From Sedimentisphaerales bacterium (GTDB lineage Bacteria > Planctomycetota > Phycisphaerae > Sedimentisphaerales > Anaerobacaceae), in assembly GCA_963708075.1 (NCBI GenBank), contig OY970194.1, forward strand, positions 5,920,001-5,984,000: a stretch of DNA of 64,000 bases. The letters are read 5' to 3'. The notes beneath the pieces were generated by a model. It saw nothing but the letters and a program-made list of their open reading frames with translations, was not told where the DNA came from and made no database searches. The position numbers were made by a program, and so were the translations under genes. Of the stretch, positions 44,363-54,564 are shown one piece after another (positions within the stretch are counted from its first letter, which is position 1; every line of letters begins with the position of its first letter).

Positions 44363-44770
44363 TCAGAGTCGGAACGTTTGCGGTGGATTACCGCTGAGGT
44401 CGGCGATTGTCGCCGTAGCTTCGTCGAGATAGAAAAGCGCCCATAGCGGGTTGTCGGGCGTCTTGTAGACCGCTTTGATGAGAGGGATTGCCTCCTCGAT
44501 AATCCTGCTTTTGATCGAGCGATGCTGGGAGAACACGACCTTGCCGCTCAATCTGAGCCAGGACCAATTCTCACCGCAGGCACACAGTTCAACATAGGGT
44601 TGCCGTGTAATCTCTTTGTAGACCTGCTTGTCGTTTGTAGTGCTGAAGTAGAGCTTCCCGCCATCTTCCAGCTTGAACTGGAATGGACGGACTTTAGGTC
44701 TTCCGTCAGTCCCAATCGTGGCCAAGTACTGGGTCTGGCTCTTCTTGAGAAAGTCGACTATGAGTTTCAT
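44363..44770 (-). CDS. Pyridoxamine 5'-phosphate oxidase-family (FMN-binding split barrel) protein, copy 2
   Basis: YLATIGTDGRPKVRPF, LYFSTTNDK, WLRLSGKV. Confidence 0.85.
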   Translation of the reverse strand: MKLIVDFLKKSQTQYLATIGTDGRPKVRPFQFKLEDGGKLYFSTTNDKQVYKEITRQPYVELCACGENWSWLRLSGKVVFSQHRSIKSRIIEEAIPLIKAVYKTPDNPLWALFYLDEATATIADLSGNPPQTFRL

Positions 44771-44914
44771 GGTTGATCCCCTGAGACAGAAGGTTATTGA
44801 GACAGATGCACAGAGCTCCACCCATCGCCGGAACCGCCAGGAAGACTTGCCGTCCGTTCTTGAAATCGATTCCTTGAATCAGAGACTCTTGCCATCTGTC
44901 CACAGACTCTCGAA

Positions 44915-45340
44915 TCAGAGTCTGAACGTCTGCGGCGGATTGCCGCTGAAATCGGCAATGGTCGCGACGGCGGCGTCCAGGTAGAAGACCTCGAACGTCG
45001 GGTTATCCGGCGTCTTGTAGATCGACTTGACGATGGGACTGGCGTCCTGGATTCTGGCCTTGAGCCCGAGATCCTTCGAGAATACGACCTTGCCGTTCAG
45101 ACGCAGCCAGGAGAAGTTCTCGCCCGACGCACAGAACTCGACGTACGGATGCTTCTGCATTTCCTTGAATACGGGCTTCTGGTTCGACGTGCAGAAGTAA
45201 AGCTTCCCCCCGTCTTCCAGCATGAATTGGAAGGGCCGCACCTTCGGTTTCCCGTCCACGCCGATCGTGGCCAGATACTGAACTTGGCTCTTGATCAGGA
45301 AGTCGGTTACAGCGTTTCCTTTCTTCGATGCACTTTGCAT
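44915..45340 (-). CDS. Pyridoxamine 5'-phosphate oxidase-family protein, copy 1
   Basis: YLATIGVDGKPKVRPF, LYFCTSNQK. Clear paralogue of the neighbouring gene. Confidence 0.88.
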   Translation of the reverse strand: MQSASKKGNAVTDFLIKSQVQYLATIGVDGKPKVRPFQFMLEDGGKLYFCTSNQKPVFKEMQKHPYVEFCASGENFSWLRLNGKVVFSKDLGLKARIQDASPIVKSIYKTPDNPTFEVFYLDAAVATIADFSGNPPQTFRL

Positions 45341-45530
45341 GGTCTTGCTCCTTTCCAGCAGTCTTTGAATAGTTAAAGAAAATGGCCGTTCTTCATGTCA
45401 TTCCCGCGCAGGCGGGAATCCAGCCACCCATCGAACCGTCCCCCGCCTGCACGAGGGCAAGCTCTGAACCCCGCCTGAGCGGGGGTAACATAGCAAGGCT
45501 CATTCTCTTACGGCCTCTGAGGGGGGGCAC

Positions 45531-45550
45531 ATGGTTCGCCCACGAACTAT
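45531..45550. promoter_or_regulatory. Putative MarR operator 2
   Basis: ATGGTTCG-CCCA-CGAACTAT palindrome; 17/20 identical to the reverse complement of 46041-46060. Confidence 0.65.
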
Positions 45551-45565
45551 CTGCACAAAAAAGAA

Positions 45566-46000
45566 CTATTGACTCAGGTTGGCCTCGATCTTGTCCAGTT
45601 GCCGGACCAGGCGCTCGCGGTCCTTTTCGCTCATGTCGCCGTAGAACTTGCCCAACAGCGCCCGGGAAATCTCGTCAAAGTCCTTCCGGAGCCTGCGGCC
45701 CTTGGGAGTCAGTTCCACGTACGTGATTCGTCCATCCTTCCCGCAAGGCAGCCGGCGGATGTAGCCATGCTTCTCCAGTGTGTCGATCATCACCGTCACC
45801 GTTGACTTGACCCGTCGGACGTTCTCCACTACGGCCTTGATCGCAACAGGCTGACTCTGTTGCAAGAGAAAGGACAGCACGGCCCCGTGCGCCGGCACAA
45901 TCCCCTTGATCCTCCGACCCTTCAACTCCTTCTCAACGAGCGCATTGGCCTTCTCTCGAATCCTGCCGATCTGCCCCGCAATCCCATGAACATCAGCCAT
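45566..46000 (-). CDS. MarR-family transcriptional regulator
   Basis: KSTVTVMIDTLEKHGYIRR..DGR...VELTPKG. Confidence 0.92.
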   Translation of the reverse strand: MADVHGIAGQIGRIREKANALVEKELKGRRIKGIVPAHGAVLSFLLQQSQPVAIKAVVENVRRVKSTVTVMIDTLEKHGYIRRLPCGKDGRITYVELTPKGRRLRKDFDEISRALLGKFYGDMSEKDRERLVRQLDKIEANLSQ

Positions 46001-46037
46001 AAACCACCCAGAACGCGATTTCAGTCAAACTCGGCCC

Positions 46038-46066
46038 AATATAGTTCGTGCCCGAACCAATGTCAA
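46038..46066 (-). promoter_or_regulatory. marR promoter (TTGACA-17 bp-TATATT) overlapped by operator 1
   Basis: Minus-strand -35 at 46061-46066 and -10 at 46038-46043. Palindrome ATAGTTCG-TGCC-CGAACCAA covers the spacer. Confidence 0.7.
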
Positions 46067-46183
46067 GCAGAAATCTTCAATGGTCGTGAAAGATATGGCA
46101 TAGAGTTCAGTAGGATGGATAACTCGCCCATGAGGATTATCGAAAGCAGTGGAACTTCATGGAGCTTCCTCGGCGGCGGCTCT

Positions 46184-46822
46184 TCAAAAGACTCTGTTGT
46201 AGGGAAGCTCGAAATAGGGTTTGGCCGTTGACCGCCATTCCTTCTTGAACTCGGTCTTGGTGATCTCACTATGCCACAAACCGCTTGCAAGCACCGTGCT
46301 CTTGATTCCCTGCTCCTTCACAATGACTTGGAGGGTACGGCGGCCAAAGAGTTCTCCTACTGCAAGGTCGAAGGAACAACCATTCGAGAAGGGTTGGAAG
46401 TTCGTGATCTCTCCGGTCTCAATTGACCACATCTCGATTTCCAGGCAGATACTTCTATCCTCGTCAAATGGAGTGATGCAGATGTGTCGCCAATAGCCAT
46501 GCCACACTCCCTGTTTGTCCTGTGCGAACAGGTAATTGGCTATCAGTTTGACGGGGATGAGTTTCCCATCTTCATACGTCTCAATCAGAATACCGTCGGC
46601 TCGCATGAACCCCCGTCCCGGCTCAGTGGGACTGCCCAGCTTTGCTGTATCCCGTCGCGCCTTAATAAGAAGACGGTCCAAATCGCTATCGTTCGCGTCC
46701 ACGAACCTCGCCCTTGACGCGGTGGGGCCACCCCCTTTGCTCGGTGACACATCTGCTGCCCTCGGCAGCAACAAAGCAAAGAGTATTGTGGCCGCACAGC
46801 CTGTATGGATAAGCCCTCTCAT
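46184..46822 (-). CDS. Hypothetical secreted protein
   Basis: Open frame with signal-like N-terminus (MRGLIHTGCAATILFALLL), GGAGG upstream, lower GC. Confidence 0.55.
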   Translation of the reverse strand: MRGLIHTGCAATILFALLLPRAADVSPSKGGGPTASRARFVDANDSDLDRLLIKARRDTAKLGSPTEPGRGFMRADGILIETYEDGKLIPVKLIANYLFAQDKQGVWHGYWRHICITPFDEDRSICLEIEMWSIETGEITNFQPFSNGCSFDLAVGELFGRRTLQVIVKEQGIKSTVLASGLWHSEITKTEFKKEWRSTAKPYFELPYNRVF

Positions 46823-47116
46823 TTTCCTACCCTCCGATGAATATAACGGTGTCTCTTTGCGTCTATACTTTCTACATATCTGCGGACACGACACTCAATT
46901 CCAGGCCGGAAATATAAAATAGAAATCGATGGCTGTCCCTGGTATTCCTTCAGCCGCCATCTACATATCTCAGCATGGTAGCCATCTGGGCCTGCAGAAC
47001 GGGTCTCTTGTCTATCGCACACGCACACTAGTCCGAAGGCCTCACAATTGTACTCCTATTGTAGGAGTGGGCCGGAGGAATGCAAGTGGAATTAGGAAAC
47101 TCCCCCGAGGGCCGAG

Positions 47117-48636
47117 GGGTGTCTGTGCAGATTTTAGGGCGTCGGGGCCTTGGGCCAATAGGCCGGCCATTGTCCGGTGTTGCTGTAGAGACAACTGATG
47201 GCCAGATGGGCATCGATGGCTTTCGTGTGCCAGCGACGCCCTCGTCCCTTGAGCCGAGCCGTCAGGCCTTTGCATTGGGATTCGGTCGGGCCTGAGCCTA
47301 TGGCAAAATCCTCGGCGATGTACCGCGGATACTCCAGCATCTCGGTGCGGCAGGCAATGTATCCCTGAAAGGCCTGGATCGCTTGACGTTTGCCTCCGCG
47401 ATGCGTCTTGGCAAGCTCCCCCAACTGCGTGAGGGCCTCCAGCGGGCCCGACCGGATCATCGTGGCGCAGAACGCCTTTCGCCACTCGCCGGCCATGTCC
47501 GTTCCCTCCCCGTACAAGGTCTTGGCGCAGCCAATCGCATGATCCCGGAAGTGGTAATAGTCCAGGATCATCGCGTCGAGCATCGGCAATTGCCGCTGAT
47601 ACTGGCGGCGAATCCATTCGGCACCATCGCTGACCGAGTACTTGCGATCGGCCTGGTCCAGATGCAACTGAGCCGCCTGACGACGCATCAGACGACCGGC
47701 GGCCTGACAATCACCGGTCGTGGCCGCCGTCTGTTGATGACGACCGCCGGGATCGTAAAACGTGACCAGCTTCGCCTCCTTCCAGCGTTGATCGGCGCCT
47801 CGCGGCCGCGGCGGCAAGGGCCGAAGGCTGTGACCCTCCTGACGCAACCGGGCCCGACGCTGCTTGGCCTTGTCTCGACGCTTGCGTTGCTCGCTGTCGG
47901 TGATCAGGGGGACTTGAAAGCCGTCGGCCCCGCTGATCAAACACGTGGGCTCCTGGGCTCGGACATGACAGTCCTTGGCCGTGAACGTCGGTTTCAGTTG
48001 CGAGCTGTGTGCCGCCGCACGAACTCTGTGGCCTTCCTGCTGGAAGACGCCACGAAGCGTCTGATAGGACAGGCGGATCTGACTGAGCCGATGCAGGTCT
48101 TCGCCGGCCTTGCGATAGCTGCCGTCCAGTCCCACCCGACAGACCATCTCTCGCACCCCTTGAGAGTACCTCTGGCTCAATCCCAGCCAATCATCCAACG
48201 GCGCACAGCACCCCTGCGAATGGGCCCACCAGACCCGCCGGCGAATCGCAATCGAGCCATTGACCGTGACGGCGTGAATCGTTTGTGTCCCTTTGTTCCG
48301 CCACTTAAGGCTTCGGCCGTTTGCGGCGTCCACAGGGGGAAAAAGCTTCGCTTTGACTGCGAAGCTCCAGGGCCTTCTCGAACAGCATGCGGCGGAATTG
48401 CCCCGCCGCATCCCGCACAGGTTCCTCGCTATCATCGATGATGTGCCCGGGATTGGCCTTGTTCACCGCCTCGACCACCTCATCGAGCAGCCTCTCGAAG
48501 TCCCCGGACAACACTTGCCTCAGTTGCTCCTTGCTGATCTCCTGGCTCATCAACAATCTCCTTATTCTGTAATCCCTTTACAGATAAAGAGTAATGCACC
48601 TCCCCTTCTCGCGCCAGTTTATTTTCACAGACACAC
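47117..48636 (-). mobile_element. ISKra4/ISLre2-like (IS256 superfamily) insertion sequence
   Basis: Imperfect inverted ends GGGTGTCTGTGCAGAT / ATTTTCACAGACACAC enclosing a transposase. Confidence 0.75.
47134..48550 (-). CDS. ISKra4-like transposase (two frames joined at TTTTTCCCCC, ~48340)
   Basis: GADG, KEAK, SDGAEWI, LDYYH, IGSGPTESQCK, RLKGRGRRW. Short orfA 48305..48550 overlaps orfB at a slippery run. Confidence 0.85.
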
Positions 48637-48643
48637 AGCGCGC

Positions 48644-48972
48644 GGGTGCGGTCGGCCTTCGGTGGCGGATTCGGATTCCAGCCGACACAAGAGCGCAGCC
48701 CAGTCTTCTTTCGCCCCTACGGGGCTTTGAGATAGGATTGACTATCGTACCCACCGTTGAAACGGTGGGCTAGTGTCGATCGCCCCCGTGGGGCGGACGG
48801 GCCGACGCAAGAGGACTGGAGCGCAGTCCAAGCCCGCAGGGCGATAGAGAATAGCCCAGCGATTGATCGCTGGGGAACCGGGGCCGAGGACAAAAGCCAG
48901 TCCCGTAAGGGACGAAAGAGGGGCGATCCGCACACGGCGGCTACACGCCGCCACCGAATTCCGACCACACCC
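48644..48972. mobile_element. MITE-like element, copy 2 (329 bp)
   Basis: Near-identical to 8237-8635 except for a 70-bp internal deletion. Sits 7 bp from the IS end. Confidence 0.85.
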
Positions 48973-49013
48973 CCCGAGGGTCGGGGAGAAAATGAGGACT
49001 GTCGCTCGGCCGT

Positions 49014-49940
49014 CTAAGTAGTCTTGCGTCTCAGTCGCCACGTGGAGTAGGTCAGACCGATGATGCCCAACAGGGCCGCACCAGGGGCCGGGACGACATG
49101 CGAGACATAGATATCGTAAGAACTGCCGGCGCCTGCTCTGGTGAAGTAGAGACTCTGGCCATCGGCACTGATGGCCGGATACTCAAGCCACGTCCCAAGA
49201 GAATCGAAGAAGTCCAAGTGCTCCGGTGTCCCGAACAAGCCATCCGCACTTGACCGGATCGCTCGGAACAATTGGGGGCTCCCGTTTCGCTCGGATGCGA
49301 AGAAGAGCGTCAAAGCATCGGCAGAAAGACGGGGGTGGAAATCCCAGGCCGTACTGTTTATCTCCGAGAGATTTCTGAAGTCGCCAAATGGGGAACTTGT
49401 GTCCGAGCGGAAGCCCATCCAAATATCATAACCGCCCAATCCGCCGGCGACGTCCGTGCCTGTGAATACTATGGTCAGTTCATCAGGTGTGAGCGAGGGA
49501 TTCGCGACCCCGCCCAATGCATTCAACTCCGCCACGCCGACTCCCGCCAGCCAGGGGTCATCAGAAGACATTCGCTCACTCCTTTTGATGACCCAGGTTG
49601 ATTGGGCCTCGTAGTAATACAATCGTCGATTATCAGGTGAGACCCAAGAGTAGTTTACGATCTTGCCGGCGGCGTTAAGCCCAGTCAACTCCTGCTCTCC
49701 GCTGAACGGAGCCTGCGTAGAGGTTCGCGTCGCACTGTACAGTCTGCCAGGGTATGGTCCAGGAACGCCTTGCCTGGAAAAGTAGAGGGTTGATCCGTCA
49801 TACGTCAGAAACGGCGATCCTTCGTCATATTGGGTATTTAGCTCGCTGACGGGGACAGGGGCCGTCCACAAATCGGCGATGCCGCTCTGAGCCACGATAA
49901 GGACACCTAAGATGGCGGAAAAGACCTGTGTGCCTCTCAT
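49014..49940 (-). CDS. PD40/TolB-like propeller repeat protein with PEP-CTERM-like sorting tail
   Basis: Repeats PxLSxDGxTLYFxS; signal peptide; C-terminal VPAPGAALLGIIGL..RLRRK. Confidence 0.8.
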   Translation of the reverse strand: MRGTQVFSAILGVLIVAQSGIADLWTAPVPVSELNTQYDEGSPFLTYDGSTLYFSRQGVPGPYPGRLYSATRTSTQAPFSGEQELTGLNAAGKIVNYSWVSPDNRRLYYYEAQSTWVIKRSERMSSDDPWLAGVGVAELNALGGVANPSLTPDELTIVFTGTDVAGGLGGYDIWMGFRSDTSSPFGDFRNLSEINSTAWDFHPRLSADALTLFFASERNGSPQLFRAIRSSADGLFGTPEHLDFFDSLGTWLEYPAISADGQSLYFTRAGAGSSYDIYVSHVVPAPGAALLGIIGLTYSTWRLRRKTT

Positions 49941-50443
49941 CCTTTCATCCTCCACTCGAATTGTGATCACGCACAAGCCTGCGCACGGTATCTGTGCAAC
50001 ACTGGCATTCCTTGCGGTTGTCTCATGCCCCTCTCTGGGCCTCACTCTGCTTTGATTGTCGCACGTTGGCTGATGTATGTCAACTCCCCAGCACGCGTTT
50101 CTCAAGGCAGACAGGGGCTATGTGCATCTTCGGGCTGTTCGTCGGGTGGGGATACCCGTGTCATTTGCAATGGACTGAGATTTTCCGAAGAATGTCTTTA
50201 CCCCTTGTGACGTAAGGGCTTACGACGGGCGGCGGGGGACATTTCCTGGTTGACAAAGGCGGTGGAGTAGTTTAGTATAGACCCAACAGTGTGATGTGTG
50301 AAGTTTGAAGTGTGAAGCGAAGAAGAGAATACGAAGGCGAGTTGTGCCCCGCGGTTGGTAACGACGGACCTCAACGCGTGGGTTAAGAACCCACCCTACA
50401 ACCGACAACTGACAACCGAGAACTGGATTTGTGGAGGTGCGAG

Positions 50444-51316
50444 ATGGCTTCGCGGTCGTGTTTGAATTGCATGTACGTGAACTGCGATCCCCAGGTGTGG
50501 CTGCGGTGTTTGGCGGTGGGGGAGCCGCTGGTGCCGCGGTGCGCGAATCACCCGCAGTGGCCGGGCCAGATGCATGATGTCCCTGGTGTGCCTTGCCGGA
50601 ATTACCGTGCCAAACCCGCCGAGCCGCCGGGGGATGTCCGGCGCATCCCGCTGGGTCGCGGCCAATACGCCCTGGTGGATGCCGCGGATTATGAGTGGCT
50701 GAACCAGTGGAGGTGGCATTGGCATGGTGGATACGCCATGCGATATGAAAGGCGCAAGAGAATCTTCATGCATCGTCAGATTATGCAAGCGCCGGAGGGA
50801 GTGCCCGTGGATCATATGGACGGGAACCGGGCCCACAACTACCGGAGCAATCTGCGACTCTGCACCGGGGCAGAGAATATGCGCAATACCACCAAACAAG
50901 CCGGCACTAGCTCCCGGTTCAAAGGCGTCTACCTGGACAGACGACTCGGCAAGTGGCGTGCCGCCATTTACCTCAAGGGCCGGTGCATCTATCTCGGTCG
51001 GTTTGCCGACGAGGTCGAGGCGGCGCGGGCGTATGACCGTGCGGCGGTCGAGCGGTTCGGGGTGTTTGCCCGGCCGAACTTTCCCGAGGCTTGGCCGCTC
51101 GAACGGCGACAGGAGGTCCACGCCCAATGGCTCAAGGCCAACGGCGGGCGAAAGGACGGGCGGCCCAAGGCGAAGAGAACGCGGAAGGTGGGGCGCGAGG
51201 GACGCCGGGCAGCGTCCGCGCGTGCCACGCGACAGAAGGCACGGGTCGCGCGGCCGGCTCGCAAAAAGGACCGCCGCGGATCAGTGCGAGCCGGTCAAAA
51301 GCGGGCACGTGTCTAG
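50444..51316 (+). CDS. HNH endonuclease-AP2 domain protein
   Basis: VDHMDGNRAHNYRSNLR (HNH), SSRFKGVY..W.A.I..YLGRF..E.EAARAYD.AA (AP2); GGAGG RBS. Confidence 0.88.
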   Translation: MASRSCLNCMYVNCDPQVWLRCLAVGEPLVPRCANHPQWPGQMHDVPGVPCRNYRAKPAEPPGDVRRIPLGRGQYALVDAADYEWLNQWRWHWHGGYAMRYERRKRIFMHRQIMQAPEGVPVDHMDGNRAHNYRSNLRLCTGAENMRNTTKQAGTSSRFKGVYLDRRLGKWRAAIYLKGRCIYLGRFADEVEAARAYDRAAVERFGVFARPNFPEAWPLERRQEVHAQWLKANGGRKDGRPKAKRTRKVGREGRRAASARATRQKARVARPARKKDRRGSVRAGQKRARV

Positions 51317-51543
51317 CGGGGGCGTTCCAGTCGCCGGATGGCACCGCCCGGACCGAAGGCATTACCAATGGCGAATCGGCAAACCATCGGCAAGCTGCGC
51401 TTGCCGCTGCCACCCGGAACCTGAGAATGTGGAGCGCATGCAACTCGTTTGATTATGCTACTCCATAAAACCGGCGTCCCCGCACGGTCGAGGAGATCGT
51501 GCAGGGACGCATGGCCTATGGGAAAGTCGATTGTGGCGCGGGG

Positions 51544-54500
51544 TCAGGGATTGGGGCCGGTCGTGTCGGCCGTGCCGGGGGAGCCGCCCAGGCGTGCGCT
51601 GGAGCGCCAGGCGCTTTTGAGTGACCATGCCTCCGTGTCGGAGTTGGTCGGATCGGCGATTGTCAGGGAGTATCCCTTGCCGTCGGTGCCGTCGTACCAG
51701 GCGTCTTCGTACTTGAAGCTGTGAATCGTCGTGCCGATGGCGTCCACCAGCTCGATCTTCTCGCCTTCATTGGCAAGGCTGCCCGCGTACTGGCCAGCGA
51801 TGGGCAGGGTCGAGCCGTATTTGGCCTTGAAGGCGGCAAGGTCCTTGACCACGAGGCAGTAGCCGCCGGGGGCCAGTTCTGTGCCGGCGAAGGTGAAGTC
51901 GATCCCGTTGGTGAATCGGACGAGGTTGAGATTGATCGTCTCGGTCCCGATGTTGGTCAGCTCGATATACTCCGTGTTGGGGTCGTCGGGATTGCCTGTC
52001 TTGAACGGGTGGTACATGATCTCGCTGATTCGGAGATTCTCCGCCACGGGACCTACGGCAAAGACTGCATCGTGCACCGCGCTCCAGATGCCGAAGAAGG
52101 TGCGTGCTTTGACACGAGTGGACTGTGTCAGGGTGACCGGTCCGGCGTACTTCGTCGCGTGCGCCGTGTTGATCGGACCGCGCGGCAGGCGGGGGTCCTG
52201 GCCGTCAACCGCATAATAGATGTCGCCCCAGGGCGTGGTCATGGTCAGGCTGAATCCGCGGGGGACCATCCCTCCATGCTGGTTGAACGTCGGCGCATCG
52301 AGGGGCGAATACCAGCCTTTAGTCCTGAGTTGCTCGACCACGACCGCTGCCCGCGTGGGGAAGTACTCGTCGAGCAGGTACCGGACCTGGGGGAGCCAGT
52401 CGTCGTCCCTGGTCCGCGGCTTGGCGACTTTGGTGTCGCCCCAGCGGGCGGATTCCGCGATGATCGCCAGATCGATGGTGTCCTTGCGGGCCAGGAGCAG
52501 TTGCGTGACGGCTTCCGGCGTCATCGTGCCGTCGTTGAAGAAGCACTCGTACACGCGGTCGGCGAAACGCATCTTGTACTCGGCGTTGGCCGCGAGTTGC
52601 TGGTGCAACCATTGCGGGTTGAAGTGCTGGACCTGCTGCCCGGCGGGATAGGGGCCGGTGCGGTCCTCGGTGAGGCCGAACATTGTGTGCTCGCAATCGT
52701 GCCGGAAGAACTTGAAACCGTCCGGCGTTGTGTGATTGTAGAGGGCGTAGAAGTTGTTGGGGACGCTGTTCTGGATAAAGCTCGATATTGGGGCATCGAG
52801 ATCGCCCTGGTAGAACGCGCAGAGCATGTAGTCGATGAGGTTGTCGACGTCGAGCAGCCGCTCGTAGGCCGGATCGCGGGTGCCGTCCATTTTGAGTCCC
52901 TGCACGCGGAAGTAGAGCACGTCGGAAGTGAGGCCTTTCCGGGCCGCGTCCCAGAGCCGGTTGTATGCGCTCAGGTTTCCATCCGTAGTCTGGACAGTGT
53001 AGGGCCTGCCGGGGCCCGCATCGACCTTGACCACGTCGTAATCCTCACCGCTGCCGCCGAAGTACGACGCCGCATAAGATGCCTCGGACCGCTCCTGGGT
53101 TTGGTAGATCCCGTGATATTGGCCGTTGAGGTAGAGGTGGTAGTATCGGCTTCGCGTATAGGGTTTGCCCAGGGTGGCCTGGAGGTCGCGGGAGAAGATG
53201 TCACGAAGCATCGTATTCTTATTGCCGGTGTCGTTGCCCTGATCGCCGCGAAAGGCCCAGGAATAGTTCTGTTCGGTCCGCAGGTCGATGCACTCGAAGG
53301 TGTCCACGCCCTCGTCGCCAAACAGCGGGTACTTCAACTCGGGCATGCCGTATTCCGCCCGGAAGAAGAGGCGCAATCCATGCTTGGCATTGTCGCCCAC
53401 GCGGCCGTAGCCCCCGCGAATCCGTAGGCCTGCGTTGACGTCGAACCCCCGGCTCCCGTCCGGATGGATCAGCTCCACGGAAACCGGCCGTTCCCAGTCG
53501 CGTCCATCCTGCATCGCGTTCACGTAGATCCCCGTGCGAGAGTCGAACAGGTTGGCCAGGCTCGTCACGAGCGAAATCGACGGAATCGCCAGCAGGGCGT
53601 CATCCACCAAATCCTTGTATCGCGGGTCATTGACCACGTCAGGGTCCATTCCGTAATCAATCATCTGGGGACCGCTTGGGTTTACAAAGGCGCCGGAGTT
53701 GACTACCCTTGGCTCCGGCCAACCCGGGCCGGGTTTGGCACCCGTGGGTGATTGCACTATCACGTCGTTGACGAAGATGTAGGTCTGCGTGCGAACTGTC
53801 GAGGATTTCCAGCCCGGCTTGGCCGCCATCGCCCGCAGACACGCGGTCTTCTCGATGCGGATGGGGCCGGTGTAGACTGTGCCCGATGTCTGACCGGGGG
53901 TCTCACCATCGACAGTAAGATAAATTGTTGCGTCGGGCGTGTCCGTGGCGAGGGTGACGGACAATGGCTCGCTGTAGAAGCCGTGCGGATGGCTGAACAC
54001 GATCTCGCCGACCACGCCTTCGTAGGCCCCCTGGTTCTCTGCCTCCAGGGTGGCCGCGGGGAAGAACCGCCACTCGCCGGTATCGGAGCAGCGGCCATAG
54101 GAGACGTCACAGCCCAGGGTGGGGAAGGTAACGCTATCGATAAGCGTCGTTCCATCACTGTCGAACAGGCCCACCTGCTCGCCGCCGGCACTGAGCTTGA
54201 ATGCGGCGTGGAGTCCGCGATCCGCCGTGTCCTCGTCGGCCCAGATCAAAAGATACCCGTGCGGTGCGATGGTGGTGAGGGCCGGATCGTTCGCCGGGAT
54301 TTGCCACTTGGTTGGCTTCTCCAGGTTATCCGTCACATACATGCCCCCGGCATCGACGGGCGTGTCCCCGTGGTTGTAAATCTCTATCCAGTCGTCGAAC
54401 TGGCCCTGCGGGTCCGCCTTCGTCTTGCCGTTGGACGACATCACCTCGTTGATCACCAGGGAGACGCCGGCCCCCGGCTCCATTGCCGCCGCAAGCTGCA

Positions 54501-54564
54501 TGGTCAGCAGCATCACGATCGCGCCGCTCATAAGTCCGGCCATTCTTCCATTCACTCTTCTCAT
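51544..54564 (-). CDS. Secreted CotH-kinase / lamin-tail / Fn3-like multidomain protein
   Basis: INEVMSSN..DWIEIYN and ISEIMYHP (lamin tail), IYLTVDGETP (Fn3-like), GLRIRGG, LYLNGQYHGIY, DCEH (CotH). Confidence 0.85.
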   Translation of the reverse strand: MRRVNGRMAGLMSGAIVMLLTMQLAAAMEPGAGVSLVINEVMSSNGKTKADPQGQFDDWIEIYNHGDTPVDAGGMYVTDNLEKPTKWQIPANDPALTTIAPHGYLLIWADEDTADRGLHAAFKLSAGGEQVGLFDSDGTTLIDSVTFPTLGCDVSYGRCSDTGEWRFFPAATLEAENQGAYEGVVGEIVFSHPHGFYSEPLSVTLATDTPDATIYLTVDGETPGQTSGTVYTGPIRIEKTACLRAMAAKPGWKSSTVRTQTYIFVNDVIVQSPTGAKPGPGWPEPRVVNSGAFVNPSGPQMIDYGMDPDVVNDPRYKDLVDDALLAIPSISLVTSLANLFDSRTGIYVNAMQDGRDWERPVSVELIHPDGSRGFDVNAGLRIRGGYGRVGDNAKHGLRLFFRAEYGMPELKYPLFGDEGVDTFECIDLRTEQNYSWAFRGDQGNDTGNKNTMLRDIFSRDLQATLGKPYTRSRYYHLYLNGQYHGIYQTQERSEASYAASYFGGSGEDYDVVKVDAGPGRPYTVQTTDGNLSAYNRLWDAARKGLTSDVLYFRVQGLKMDGTRDPAYERLLDVDNLIDYMLCAFYQGDLDAPISSFIQNSVPNNFYALYNHTTPDGFKFFRHDCEHTMFGLTEDRTGPYPAGQQVQHFNPQWLHQQLAANAEYKMRFADRVYECFFNDGTMTPEAVTQLLLARKDTIDLAIIAESARWGDTKVAKPRTRDDDWLPQVRYLLDEYFPTRAAVVVEQLRTKGWYSPLDAPTFNQHGGMVPRGFSLTMTTPWGDIYYAVDGQDPRLPRGPINTAHATKYAGPVTLTQSTRVKARTFFGIWSAVHDAVFAVGPVAENLRISEIMYHPFKTGNPDDPNTEYIELTNIGTETINLNLVRFTNGIDFTFAGTELAPGGYCLVVKDLAAFKAKYGSTLPIAGQYAGSLANEGEKIELVDAIGTTIHSFKYEDAWYDGTDGKGYSLTIADPTNSDTEAWSLKSAWRSSARLGGSPGTADTTGPNP

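Noticed and set aside
51721..53427. 568-aa plus-strand ORF
   Set aside because: Antisense to the CotH/lamin-tail gene.
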